Made by a program: the position numbers and the translations under genes. Below the pieces are notes generated by a model. It searched no databases. It was not told the origin of the DNA and saw only the letters and a list, made by a program, of their open reading frames with translations. A stretch of 63,880 nucleotides of DNA, filler included, from Phoronis australis (lineage: Eukaryota; Animalia; Phoronida): NCBI GenBank assembly GCA_002633005.1. It is 4 parts of 4 records of this genome, joined end to end, with 100 filler letters (N's around TTAATTAATTAA, not from the genome) between each part and the next. Parts side by side here need not be neighbours in the genome. Positions count along the whole stretch, not along the records: positions 26,731 to 58,590 come from NMRA01000078.1; 3 more parts are not named here. One strand, written 5' to 3'. How positions within the stretch are numbered: position 1 is the stretch's first letter; each line of letters starts with the position of its first letter. This document shows, piece by piece, positions 39,985 to 53,051 of this stretch.

Positions 39985-40953
39985 CTGTAGCTGAGGAAGG
40001 ATTTTGTACAAGGGTCGTGGCTATGGTGGATGCCGTCAAACTCGTGGTGTCACCTGCCTTGTTGGAACCGGCAAGAGAGGAACTGTCACCAGGAGACATG
40101 GTGGTCGCATCTGGGATGTTCAACACCTTTAATACTGTGCTAGTTGTATCAGTCTGTTCTGTGCTTATCCCATTCATTAATGTGCTGAATTCAGACTGCT
40201 CTGTAGCAGTGGTTGCTGGTACAGAGACATTAGAAAGCTGATCGCTGGTAATTGTCGGCAACGAAGGGGGAACTGGAACAACAGTCCAAATGTCATGAAC
40301 CACATCATTCCCGTCATTACCATCAGGTGGCGTTGTCTTCAGGTCTGTCCCCAACACATCAAACAATACAGTGGACGACATTTGGTCGCTTGGTATTCCC
40401 GGCGATGTGAGATTGTATGAGTTTGTAGGCTCACCAGAAACGGTGCTATTGGCCTCATTAGTGGCTGAGCTAGTGACCTTGGGAACCAACAAACGGGCAA
40501 GTTCAATACTTGATGAGTTGGTGAAAGTTTGAGTAGGAAAGCTCAGGACCTCATGAAACTGTGAGCTGTTGAGCTCAGGACTTGGTGAGCTACTCAGCTC
40601 AACACTTGGTGACTTTGTGATCTCCATTGCTGAACTGGAGAACTCAGCAGTCGGTGAGCTAGTTAACTCTGTATTTGATGAGCTTGTCAACTCAGCAGTT
40701 GAAGAGCTTGTGAGCTCAGCTGGTAAGCTAGTGAGCTCAGTAGTTGGTGGGCTAATGAGCTCAGCGGTTGGTGAGCTGATGACCCTATGTCTAGTTGATG
40801 GAGATGAGCTGGTAGGCTCAGCGGAAGCAGTACTTGTAGTTACAGACAACACTGGTCGAGGTGGTTCTTCAAATATCAATACGTTTCCAGTGCCTAAGTT
40901 AACATTAGGTTCCTTTGCTTTCACTGGGGCAGGCTTCACGGGTGTGGGACTCA
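39985..40953 (-). CDS. Mucin-like gene, large Ser/Thr/Pro-rich exon
   Basis: ccag|TG AGT...ACA G|gtatgg, 969 nt open, phase 1-1; 8-aa (ELTSSPTA)-like repeats. Confidence 0.85.
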
Positions 40954-43900
40954 CTGGCATGCAAACAAGAACAACAGGTCATTCACACCCAACTGCAACC
41001 GAGACAAAAAGCATAAAGAGTGTTCTCTAACAATAATTGGTCAACTTCGTAGGTGTTTCAAAATGGAGCTATGAGGAAAGTGCCACTTCGCCTGTTCTAC
41101 GTCCCAAGTCTAAAACTTCGCCTACACTTACACGAGTCTCAGACTCCGAGACTACAGAACCGATAGCAAGCTTAACACTACTGTAAAAACTTGAGCGGGC
41201 AGTACCATAGGTTAAGAGACGTGACTAAGTAGCAAAGGTTGAGCCAAGTTCAAGAACTATGCTCACTGATCGCAAGTTTCAGATAGAATTCACTGCTTTT
41301 GGATGCCGATAATGTAGGTATTACTATTACTTTAGATTTGGTGGGAAAAATCATGCGCTAAAGGTCCCCAGAGAAATGGAAATGGAAAATGTGCAGACTG
41401 GGGATAAGTTTGTTTTTTTAATTAATAACAGCTTTCAACAACACGGGTCAAATTGGCATACGGAAATTTACCCAGAATCGTGCGTGTAACAAGAAAACTG
41501 TCCCAGTGTTGTGATAACGCATATTCAATTTAGGGCTAATACCTCTTTAAATTGATATGCAAGGTCAGTGAAAGTAGTTCTTTGTGAACCCTGCTCTTAG
41601 TCATATAACTATAACAGTTGGTCTGTGCACAGATTATAGACAAGATTTGCAACTCTGACATTTTCTTCTATGCTATCCAAGAGGCGGCGCCATTCTAGCG
41701 TGCGTTCATTAATGCTTTGACCTACGCTAGGACCTAGCTAAAATCTAGCTTAACTCATGTGTTCTCTTTTAAAACACACGGAAATCTCACGTAATCTCGC
41801 GAAGTCTTGCTTTTTAGTGAGGTCCTAGCGTTACTGAACGGGAGGTAGCAGACAACGTACTTGCTGGAAATAACGCCAGATAATTGGGTCAGGTGTTGCT
41901 AGTGAATAATGACGTAATGTTATGCAAAACAGCACAGATTTCATCCATTGAAAGTATACGAAGTTGATGGTCCATGTACTATAGTCTACGGTCTGTGTAA
42001 GTTAACACAGCTTATCGAAGGGCCTGATCCTGGAGAAATTGTTTTACTACTCCTTAAGGGTTTTAGATAGCCAAGCCTAAAATGCACTTGGGCCATTTTC
42101 ATAGGCAGTAAATCATATTCCAGACTGAAACTGGAGTTTCTCTAATCCAATGAGAGTACATTCACAAGCAAACATTTTTTTAAACAAAAATGGTAAGACT
42201 TCACTCAGTCTTTCAGATTGAAGAGAATGTGCTGCCCTAAAGCAATGAATCTTTACTGGTACATTTAAATCTACAGTGCGTTAGGAGGAGAAAGTCAACA
42301 GACTGAAAAAGACAAGACAGTGTACGATCATGTAGCGGAAAACTGAAATCCTACTTTGCCAAATTTCTCCTATTTTACTACTACTTAAAACAATGAAGAA
42401 CTGTCGTACACTGAATTGCTTGTGATAGGGAGGGGAGAGGGGTATCACTAGGCAGTTACAACTACGACGAATTCCTGAACACTAGGTGGTGCTAATGAAT
42501 AAAAGTATCTCTTCTTTGACATCTGAATAGACGGACAGCAGAAAACATGTCATCGGCTTGGTGCTGTTCGTGTGATAAAGGAACTACCTGACCAACTGAA
42601 TTCAAGCACTTCTACAGTTGAGTTCCAAGCTTCACTTTGTATTCCACACTAAAACATGTAAACAATACACTCGTTTCTAGTGAGTATTATTGTCTTAAAT
42701 CTAGGACCTACAAGTGATTAGCCTGAACCCTCATCTCATCTAAAAGTTTAGTAAATCTTATTGGTGGACTGTCCGATATTAATAACTGCTAAGACAACTT
42801 CAATTTCCAGACAGAAAACACGACTGGAGACTTCTGGACACACTTTGCTAAAATACTGTGGCCCAGGAAAACAAGCTACAGGTTCAGACTAATGTTAAAT
42901 CTATAAGCACATTTGTGAGTAGAAGCAGGCCAAGATTTCCTTGCTGCTAGGACAAAGTGATGGCATTCCATACCACATTGCTCAATACTTTGGTTGCGAT
43001 TCCCAAACACGGAAGTCAAACATTGGACAGCGAAACATTTACTTCATTCTAGTCTTGTGCATTGATCAAGGACAGAAGGCGGGTTGATAGTCTAAAGTCA
43101 AGGTCACAGCGGTGCACTCTGTTGGCTGCAGTGTGTGTGAATAAGCTGATGTTGCCAGTTGCCAGGCGGAGCCACAGGTTTTCAAAAGCCACCAGCCAGC
43201 CACGAGTGGTATGTACATACATTCTGTATTGTTTGATGATGGAGACGGACAGACATTGAAGGCATGGGATATGGGAAGCCAGTCCATTATTGATCACTGT
43301 CGATGCCATGGTCAGGGTGTGAGAACTGAGACAAGTTAATTACAATCATTTATTAGTCATTGTTAGCGGTGAAATAAATCCCCAGAGTAGTTGGTGTTAA
43401 ACAATCTAAAACGGTGGACTTGGGAGGGCTGAAAAGAAACGCACTCAAAATCCAATTCACCAAAACCACCCGAGATGCTTTGGTTAAGCTCTATAACTTA
43501 GATGGTCTTGAAACTGAGTAATTTGTGAACACACGGTGACTACCTATGTGCAAACAAATTTTGTTTTTTCTAACCCCACCAAGTCCAATTGCCCACAATA
43601 GCTGTGCGAGACTGGAAAACGTACAGAGGAATCAGAGACTCAGTTGATCTAGAAGGACATTGTGAATGGTGAGTCGTACTGTCGTTGGTGACACTGTTAA
43701 AAGCAAGGGAGAAGCTGAAAGGGAACGCATTGGTGACAAGAAACAGCAGTTGGACAATGGTTACCTTGACACTTTAAGCAGGTGGGGACGTGGAGCGCTG
43801 TTACCTTTCAGATTCATGCACTGGTGGTAAACAATACAGGAAAGAAACGATACATTTTTAACAAATCAATCATTCGATCGTCTCCGTCCCAAATGGTCAC

Positions 43901-44939
43901 GTTGAATCAGGCCTATACGCATTCATGTTGTTATCAAGCAGTTGATCATGCCACAGCCAATACACAGTTGTGGGGTGAGCTACCATCCAGGATCTGGTCT
44001 ATGTGAGAACACAAACAGCCATGATTATGAAACAATTAAGCTGCCACTGAACTGATGTGAAGGGCAGTGGCTATTGTACAGAAATAATAAAGCAATCAAA
44101 ATGTAATCAAAATCGGTGTACATAATTAAAAACATGCAAGATGGCCACGACCAGCCCTTCACATGACAACATATTATGATAGAATCTAACCTCGCTTATC
44201 ATCTGATAACTGAAAACGAATTGGAGTAAACACTCAATGCTCACATAAGCTTGCACTCTCTCCTTTTGCTTATTCATCATGTATGTCTAGTAACATGTCA
44301 AAGAGAATATCTTAAAACCCTAACTTTAAGTCAATGGAACTTTGTTATTTTAGATGACATTGGGCTAAAAGGTAGTCCCATCAAAGCCTTGGCAACATAA
44401 GATAATGCAAGTTTAATCAGTAGGGTAATAGGGGTGTGAATAAAGAACATTGCTTGCCGGTGTTATTCGCAGCTGTTTGAATAGGGCGGTCCCGCATTAA
44501 ACAGTGCCAATACAATCTCACTGTATTTACCCACAATGCCGTAAACATTCGTCAGGCGCATTTGCTGCATCGCCTTTCCTGTCACTGGAGTTCCACACGT
44601 TATTTGTAATTTATTGTCTGACTCTTTACAAGTTTGTCAGCATTACTCTATTCATCCTTCCAGAACCAACAAAGTACTACACTGCTGTGTTATGCGCTAC
44701 AACTCCCACGAGAAAAAGTTTGATAAACTGGACAAGTACCAGTGGATGCGTGATCTGAAATTCTTATTTCTAAAACTAGGTCACGCGCTTTCTTATCTCC
44801 GAGACAAAGGAGAGTTCTACTGCTGTGTAATCCGGGACGGCCCTGTTACAAGGTGATTTTCGCGGTGCCATAGACAAAAGCAAGCCAATATAACTAACAG
44901 TTTGTTACATTTGACAATTTCTGGCATTAGTGGGCTCAT

Positions 44940-46836
44940 AGACCCAATTCACGCGGCGGACATTAAAATCCAAAGCGAGGCTCACTGCGATAAACAAAGC
45001 GGAAATTTACATTGCGTGAGTTGAATGGCCGGTGTTTGGAGTCCAACCTGAATATTAAATCTTAAAAAATGTGTTAGATAATTAACCACAGAGACGTACA
45101 AAAATACAGTTAAAGAACAAGTCAATGCACCGGAAAGTTGTCTGACGAAAGGATATAATTTTTTTCGGAAAACTAGGTTCGAAACATGAAAAGTAAACAC
45201 GACCAAATTGCGGCGATCGTAGTATTACGGATTAGGTATCATGCTGAATGCAAGGTTACGTTTCTTCTAATAAATTTTTGATAAAAATGCTTTCTACACA
45301 AACCAGGTCATCTGGTCGTATTGTATACGAGTTGAAGATATATTCGGCAGTGGTGGCTCATAGTATTTTGCTGTCATGTGCAATTAGTCTCATCTGGTTT
45401 AATTTGTTGATCAAGAGTAGGCCTATTAGCTACAAGCATAGCCTAGGTCCTGGGGACGTAGGCACTACCGGGACTAACAATTGATTTGTCATTGATCTGA
45501 AAGAATACTTGATGTTATTAAATATATATTTTGATTACGATAAAAAACCAGGCTCGCAATTGAAAATAAAAATTATATGACCATCAATTCTGCTTTCTTG
45601 GTTTTAATAATTACGTCTATTTCATGTATTTTATTTTTCAAATATCAATCTCGACAAAGATGAATTTTAAAATTAGAACACCTAATTCTTTCGTCCAAAG
45701 CATAACCTCGTTTTAGACCTTACTTTCAGTTAACTGGACAGAACACAGTGGCGGATTTAGAGCGGAGCCAAGGGGCCATTACCCCCCCCCTAAAATTCTN
45801 CCCCCCCCCCAACTCAAAGTCCTGGATCCCCCTAGAACAAGCATAGCTGTCATTTTTCTCCAGAGGCCTCGGGCCGGGGGGAAACAGGTGCCTGTGCGGC
45901 CTTCTGAGAGGTGAACGTTTCGCCGAGTGACGGGTCAGTGAAAACTCTACTGACCTCCCGATCAAAATCAATAGCACCCCGCCCTGTTGCAAGCTGTCAT
46001 AGCTCTGTCTCAAGTAGCATTTTCAGTCTGTGGCTGATCTCAGGATACCATGAGGGGGGGCCGACATCCTCAGAGAAGCGGGCAAAGCGAGATTGTATGC
46101 ACGCAGGCGGCCCGGTATACCTTCAGCTCAGGAAATCTGTCGTTGGACTAAAATAAAAAAAACAGAACGCGTTTCCCCCCCTTGTCCACTACCGGTCCTA
46201 GCTCGAACTCAATATTTCCTCCCGCTTCAGGTTTTGCTGGTTTATTTTGCTTGCGGTAGTCAAGGGGGGGCCCCTTAAATCCGCCTATGGTTTTGTACTT
46301 TTTCAAATTGTCACCTCTGTGGTCACAGGTGATTTCAGTTGAACCGTTGGAGAGAAATTTTCAATCACTAAGGGAATCAGGCCTCGTCAGGGGCCAGGAA
46401 TTTCGCGTGATTTTTCAATATTTTTGAGAGGGGAATAGGGTCAGTATTTGGCCCCAAAATTGAGGGATTGAGGGCCCTGTCCTTTTTGTAAAGAAAAATG
46501 CATCACGCTTCAACCCATAGTCATGAAAACACAGCCTGGCTGGCCGAAGATTCTCCGGTCCTCGTTGCTATGGCGGCATCCGAGATGCGACAAATTATGA
46601 TTCGAAAAAAGTTATAAATTTTACATGGACATATTTTCCTTCATCGCGGGGTATGGCAAGGACCCAACGCTTCTGAATCCCAACGTCCTTAGGGATTGTA
46701 AAACAGACAGTTGAGTGTCTGTATTTTTTCTAGCTGTTCGATCAACGCAGTACAACTACGCGGATAAGCCAACACTGAGAGCTATCGTAGCGAGCCTCGT
46801 TTTGGAACGCGCCTCCTGTCGGCGTGAATAGGGTCT
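44940..46836 (-). mobile_element. ISL2EU-like element, copy 2, with nested small GC-ended insertions (~45746-45832, ~46040-46290)
   Basis: AT|AGACCCAATTCACGCG ... CGGCGTGAATAGGGTCT|AT; colinear reverse complement of 15337-16894 (ORF-track pair 16383/45248). Confidence 0.75.
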
Positions 46837-49800
46837 ATAGTGATGCTTTTAACATACTGTAGGAATCAAAGTTACAACTGTTACCATTCGAGACAGGCTT
46901 AAAGCCATATACTCTGAACTTCAGGTCTGTAGACTTAGGACTTCGGAAATCATACTACATAAACAACATTAAAAAGCACCCATGTTCACGTCAACCCCAG
47001 AAACCCGAATTTCCTGACATAGAGAGTTGACCACTCATGTTTGAGTGGTTAAACTCGCACTGACCGCAGTCCCCCTCAGAGACTGACCCTTATTTTCACG
47101 ATAATTCTGAGCAGGCATGCAAGTGGACTTAAGTGAGCACCAAATGCCCCTGGAACAAGAACAGAAGGGAGTTGGTAGGCTGCATCTACTATCCTATGTA
47201 ACACAGTAAGTCAATAACTGATGTTGAAAACATGCTTACAACGGACACTTTCCTTGAAGAATCTTGGCAACATTACCACTATATTTCTAATCAAATACAA
47301 CTCGTATATACTGCTTGAAACCTCGACTACTGTTGGCATTCACACTACAACAGTATTAATAAATTTAATGTCTAACCTTTTCAGTTTTCTTTGATAACCC
47401 ACAAATTGCATTTATTTCGTTTAAGAGACACATTAAGTTGCAAAATTTTTAGGACAAACAAATTTCGTCAACTTTGGCATGTCATGTCAGGTTCTACGGA
47501 AAGTCGCTTTGTTGTCAGTCAGTTACATTTACTGCCAAACAGCAGAAGTGATTCACTGTTAGTGTTTCAGAACTATAATATGAAATTTTCTTGTTTTCTA
47601 TCGACCTTTGTCAATGGGGACTTATTTTTGCCACTGCGATCGCTGGAACCGTGTGTCCTTACGGTCCTCATCTTCCCAGGCATTTGTTATGGACTGTGAT
47701 TGTTTATCAAAGTTTATTCCCCACATTACAGGTCAATATGTGCATGACTGGTTGATGCACTGACAACAGACTCCAGCAACAACAAACTGTTAGTTCTGAG
47801 CGAGCCAAGAAACCACTTCCCATCTAAGTCAGTGCTCAAAACAAGCCAAAAGGCCCGCTCAAGAAGTACATCTGACGGCATATACTACACTCCTATTCCC
47901 AGATTTGCATTCATACAAAATGATGGCAGAAAAACGCCCATCCCAATAATATGAGTGAGGTCAATTTCCTAATTGCACATCACTTTTTCTGCTTGTATAT
48001 AATACACCTCTCTGTATCAAGTTTCAATGAAATCCGTAAATCGTTAATCTTTAAATATCATTGGGAAACCCTCCTCCACCAAACAACAGTTGTTGAGAAC
48101 AAAACGGCCACTAGGAGGTACTGCAGTAGTGGTGCGCACGTGTAAGTTCCTAATATTAAATCCCTGGAGTTAACATCGCCAGCAACATGTGAATGACAGA
48201 TGACTCGTACATATGCGCAAGCTCAGCTACAGAAATAAGGGCTCAAGAATTTCTTCGTGCCTCAAAACTCCTCTGGTGAAAGATATTTGGTTGTTGTTTG
48301 GCCATATAATAGCGTCGTCATTTTCAGTTTCCGCATTTTGCATGAAAAAAACAGACACTGAAACAGGCAGTTATTTGTCAACATTTCTAACTAACGTCCG
48401 TCATGCATGCAAACAGCGAGATCGACCAATGGTAGTGCCGCAGTAGAATATAGTCAGTATACTATGATTGAATAATCAGGATATCTTATATGAAAAACAA
48501 ACACGTTTTTCTACCTCAAAGTTCGGTAGTTGATTGTTTAAGAATTAACAGAAACATCATTTTATCACGTATTATGCTGTGGTCCGAAACTTTACTGGGC
48601 GCACCCGGGCAAAAATTTGCAAAAAGAAGTCGAAAATACTAACCAAAATCCATCAAATTTCTGCATTAGCCCATATTCACAGGACATGTTTACAAATTAT
48701 CATCAGGGCTGCTTTAAGTGTTATTTATTTGAACTAGACTTGGCAACAACCATCGGAATCAGCAGAGTCCCTTTATGTTTGCCAGTTATCTGTCAAGAAG
48801 TGTAAAAACTCAGCTCCCATAGGTTGGAAATTTCAGGTGGCATGTTGGAACTTGATATGAGCTGGCCAAAATTTCAGCTCTCACTTACAAATTTCAGGTC
48901 GCAAATGTGACCTGTAGCTCGTTATGTCAAGTGCTTTGACCCTCACAGTAACTGTGTAGCCTGGTGTCAATCAAAAATGAACTCAGTCTCCAGTTTTTTC
49001 CAAGCCACAAAATCATGTAAAACTTTATGAAGGAACAAGTGGAGACCAATTTCATAATTCGTAAGTGGGCCAAGCAAAATCAAGGTTTTATTACAGAAAG
49101 TTTAATTTCAACCAAATATATGCAAAAATTGAAAAATTAGCCAGCCCCTTAGCATATTTTTTCAAAATATTAATGACAAAACAAATATCTTGTTTTTTCA
49201 ATAAATTAAAACTTTTCCCACTGGCTCCGAAGCTTTGGAGTTGCTGAAGCTCCGATCAATCGAACACTCAACTTCCATGCCATCAACAGGGGTCACTGTC
49301 CTGCGAATGCTAACATCCAGCAGCCACTGATTACTACTGTTAATATTTTGTTTTAATAATTATTACTTTGGCAGCCTAAGCATTCTGTTCCTATTTATCC
49401 AAATATTTGATGGATTCTTGACATTAAAAAAAATCACTGTTATGGAAAATGAGTTCCCACCACGCCAAACTGCCTTTGTCTGGATCAGCCGTTATCCTAC
49501 TCAAGATTCCATTTTTTCATTGTCGTTTTCTAGTAAATCGTCATAGTCTCAACATGGCAACCAACTATGGAAACCAACCATGGCAACCGTTGGCTGCCTA
49601 GTGAAGTTGATGTTCTAATTTGCATCAGAGGAGAGGGAGAGGGAGAGGTCCATAATTTTTTATGGCAAACACTGACAAAAACAACAAGGTCATATTAGCG
49701 CTGCCTTGTGATAACTTTGCTGAGATATTTATCCAAAAGTTGATGGGAACACAAACACATAACTTAACCACAGTTAACCTTCGGTAGTAGTGAAGTTAAC

Positions 49801-49986
49801 TGTATGGGAATGGCCCTGTAAAACTAAGTGCGTTTATTTCTGACAAGTAAATTCAACAGAACAAATAAAATTGGCTTACATGATGCTAATAAATAATAAA
49901 AATCATTTCAGCACAATCAAATTACTGACAAGAACTTTAATTCATGCATTCCTCGTGTTGGCCATTCACAGATGAACAGCGAATAC

Positions 49987-50145
49987 CTGTAGTAAAGCAC
50001 TGTTTCCCTTCCTGATCAACACGGCACTCGTCTCTACTTGACATCGGCATATCTCCAGAACGGGGAATCTCGGAGGAAAACTTGTCACAGTACTTCGGAT
50101 GGCAGCTGTCTAGTTCCACTGTTGTTTGACCAGTGTCAGACCTGT
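49987..50145 (-). CDS. Mucin-like gene, Cys-containing exon
   Basis: cag|AC AGG...ACA G|gtattc, 159 nt, phase 1-1. Encodes RSDTGQTTVELDSCHPKYCDKFSSEIPRSGDMPMSSRDECRVDQEGKQCFTT (4 Cys). Confidence 0.6.
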
Positions 50146-52946
50146 CTGCTACGCATATCAAAATGTGATGTTAGGGTAAGCATAATGATGCAAAAGTCAA
50201 AATAGTCACATGAGAATGTAACGCATTACAAGAGTGTAAGGTGTCACGAAAAACACACAAGACACAAATGAGTAGTTACATGTGGAGAACGCACGTCAAG
50301 GAAATATAAGTTGTCAGACGTAAGAAAGAGGTGGACTTGAAAGTAAGATGTCACGTGAATACTGCACACCACAAGGACGTCACAAGTGAATGCAGCACAT
50401 ACTAGAAGGACAAAATACCATCGCATCTGAAAACATACATTACAAGGATGAAATAACATCACACGTGAAAACATCATACATTGCAAGCATGAAATAACAT
50501 CACACGTGAAAACAACAGAAAGTGGTTTTATAACTGAAAATACGGTTAAAATGGAGAATGAACAAAAAAAATACAGTTGTCTCAGGTGTGTCACAAGTGT
50601 AAACAGTCCATCACAAACACTAGATATAACATCACAGGAGAAACGCCAATCACAAGAAGGGGAGCTTGCCAGTGGTCAAGAATGAACTGGGTAGTTTCCT
50701 ATAAAAGAAGAGTAATTAGGACCGAGACTCACTCCAACAAGAACAGTAAAATCTCACCGATTTCAGAGAAAAATAACATCCAAAATTGCCCTTTTCCCAT
50801 TTTCAAGGTCTCCTTGCATTGCGACTGCCCAAAATTTTTCTAAAAAATTCTCAAACAGATACCATACAAAGCTTAAACACCATATATATTTTGTATAAGT
50901 GTGAAAAAACAAAATGTCAGTTGTCGGCCATATTGTGTTCTAAGCTGGAGATCTTACTGTAGCTGACAAACTAAGATGCAATACTTACAAAGTAATAAAA
51001 AGTACTTCCTGAAACTTCACATTAGAATAACATGACAAAGACAACAAAAACATTAAACGTCAAAATGTGCTTCATACAATTTTTTAAGCATTTTACAACT
51101 CCTTCATTAACTCAAGGGTAGTGTATTCAGTTCTGATAGTAGTCGTGGCCAGTAATAATCAAACACTGAAAAACATCTTCAACACCAGTATTGACATTTT
51201 CAAGGCCTACTGCATAAAAGGTCTTTTCTTTAATAGCAGTAATGTCATGACTTTGCCAAGAATAAGATGGCAAAATCCAAGGCCTTTTACAAATGTCACA
51301 TATCCCTCCCACTACAGCCAAGTTCAAGATTCAGTGCCGTAATTAGCCACGTTGTGAGAGAAAAGGGGAAATAGTCAGACATAACGTGCTCACACTTTGA
51401 GAACCAGTTTGATGCTCCTCCTTGGGTGGAGAAAACTGGTTCTAAAAATGCGGGCACAATATATCTATTGCCGAAAAAGAGACTGTAAACTTAACTCATT
51501 CATAATTGTAATCAACGCCATAATGCATTTTGAAAAAATTACAACAGGATTGCAATAATATCTAAGCTGAGCCTCAAAAAAGTAACTCATGACGACCATA
51601 CGAGACTCATCAGCAGTCAACACTGATCTCGTCAAACAAGCACACAACATACCAAATCGTGCAAACAATACGTACTTTATAGTTCTATGCATGCCGCCAA
51701 TCAGTGCAAGTCTGCAAGATGAAGAGCATTTACAAACAGGCAGCACACTATCAGTAGATACGTACATCAAAACCATCAGTTTCAACCGGAGCGCAATCAC
51801 AAATGTTGGGTTAGGTTTGCTGTCAGAGAACGGAGAGAGTGAATTCTTATCCCCTTAATTAAATTCCAACCACACCGACCAATCAAAAGATTGAGGGGCC
51901 GCCATTTTGCAAGGGTTACGTTGGTAAGATCTTGAGCGTACACATGTCATTCTGTAACTAGTTCTGATGGACGTAAACCCCAGAACGCTGCACATTACAG
52001 AGAGAAGGTGTGAGATAAGTGCACATGGGCAAAGTGATAAATTCTTCAGTAGCGAGTGCGTGCAAGATGGTGGACAGGACTGCCCAGAAAGCTTAACAAT
52101 AGACCACATTCTTATCTACATTTAAAAACTGCTCAGGGTCTGGAGTTGATATTAAACTGGAGATATTTATAGTGCCATAGACTCAACGCCAAACTACAGG
52201 CCTTTCACTAATACTTAACTCCAGTAACAGAGGCGGGCTGACGTGAACTGCAGAATCGGTTGAATCTTTCACACCAGCTTCGGTAACGTGAGCAGATACC
52301 ACTTATGTTATCGCGGTTTTATGAGGGCGCTACGAAAACATTAAACTGATTCTTTATAAATTTGAATAATCATGCATGGCCGGATAACAAATAAAATGGA
52401 GAGCATATACCGTAAAAATTTGTGTTCACGCCCACGCCCACATAAACACCCATGCCCCACTTTTAAATATTGTATTAAGGCACCAATGCTATTCAATCCA
52501 TCAGCCAAATGCAAACTTGCATTGTTCGATTCCAACACACCGCTCATACCTAACAACACTCCCCTGAAAACACTGACCCATTGACCCCGGCATGAAGACA
52601 CTAATGAGACTCATTTTGGCAGGAGTGACATGATGAAGGCCACCATACACAAGGTACAACAAAGACAAACACCCAACTATGCATGGTGGCCTAGCTAAAT
52701 AGCTCGTTCACGTCAGCCAACACCTACTACAAGAGAAATTATTGAATAAAATAAGCAGCAATAGCAGAGGGAGACACATCTACTGCACCTCGATTTAGGC
52801 TTCACATGATGCCGTCTAGGGTGCACCAGGTACAAGCAGCTTAGGATACTGTGTTGGATGCTAAGTGAGTGGAGCCTTCTAAGGATAGACTAGAGAAGGG
52901 TAAATACCAGTGATCAACAGTATGGTCCTGGAAGGACAGCACTTAC

Positions 52947-52970
52947 CATTCAGTGAACTAGGATCTGGAA
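52947..52970 (-). CDS. Mucin-like gene, candidate 24-nt microexon
   Basis: ttgtttag|TT CCA GAT CCT AGT TCA CTG AAT G|gtaagt, phase 1-1. Confidence 0.4.
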
Positions 52971-53051
52971 CTAAACAAGCACAGAGTGATTGCTCACTAA
53001 TTAAGGGTTGTATTGAGACGACACTTAACCCAACTGTCATTCATTACACAG

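Noticed and set aside
43213-43820. Possible extra minus-strand exons (CMNLKGNSAPRPHLLKVS; SHTLTMASTVINNGLASHIPCLQC...)
   Set aside because: Splice sites are plausible but the phases (0-2, 2-2) do not fit the phase-1 chain and no family is recognised; unresolved without RNA data.
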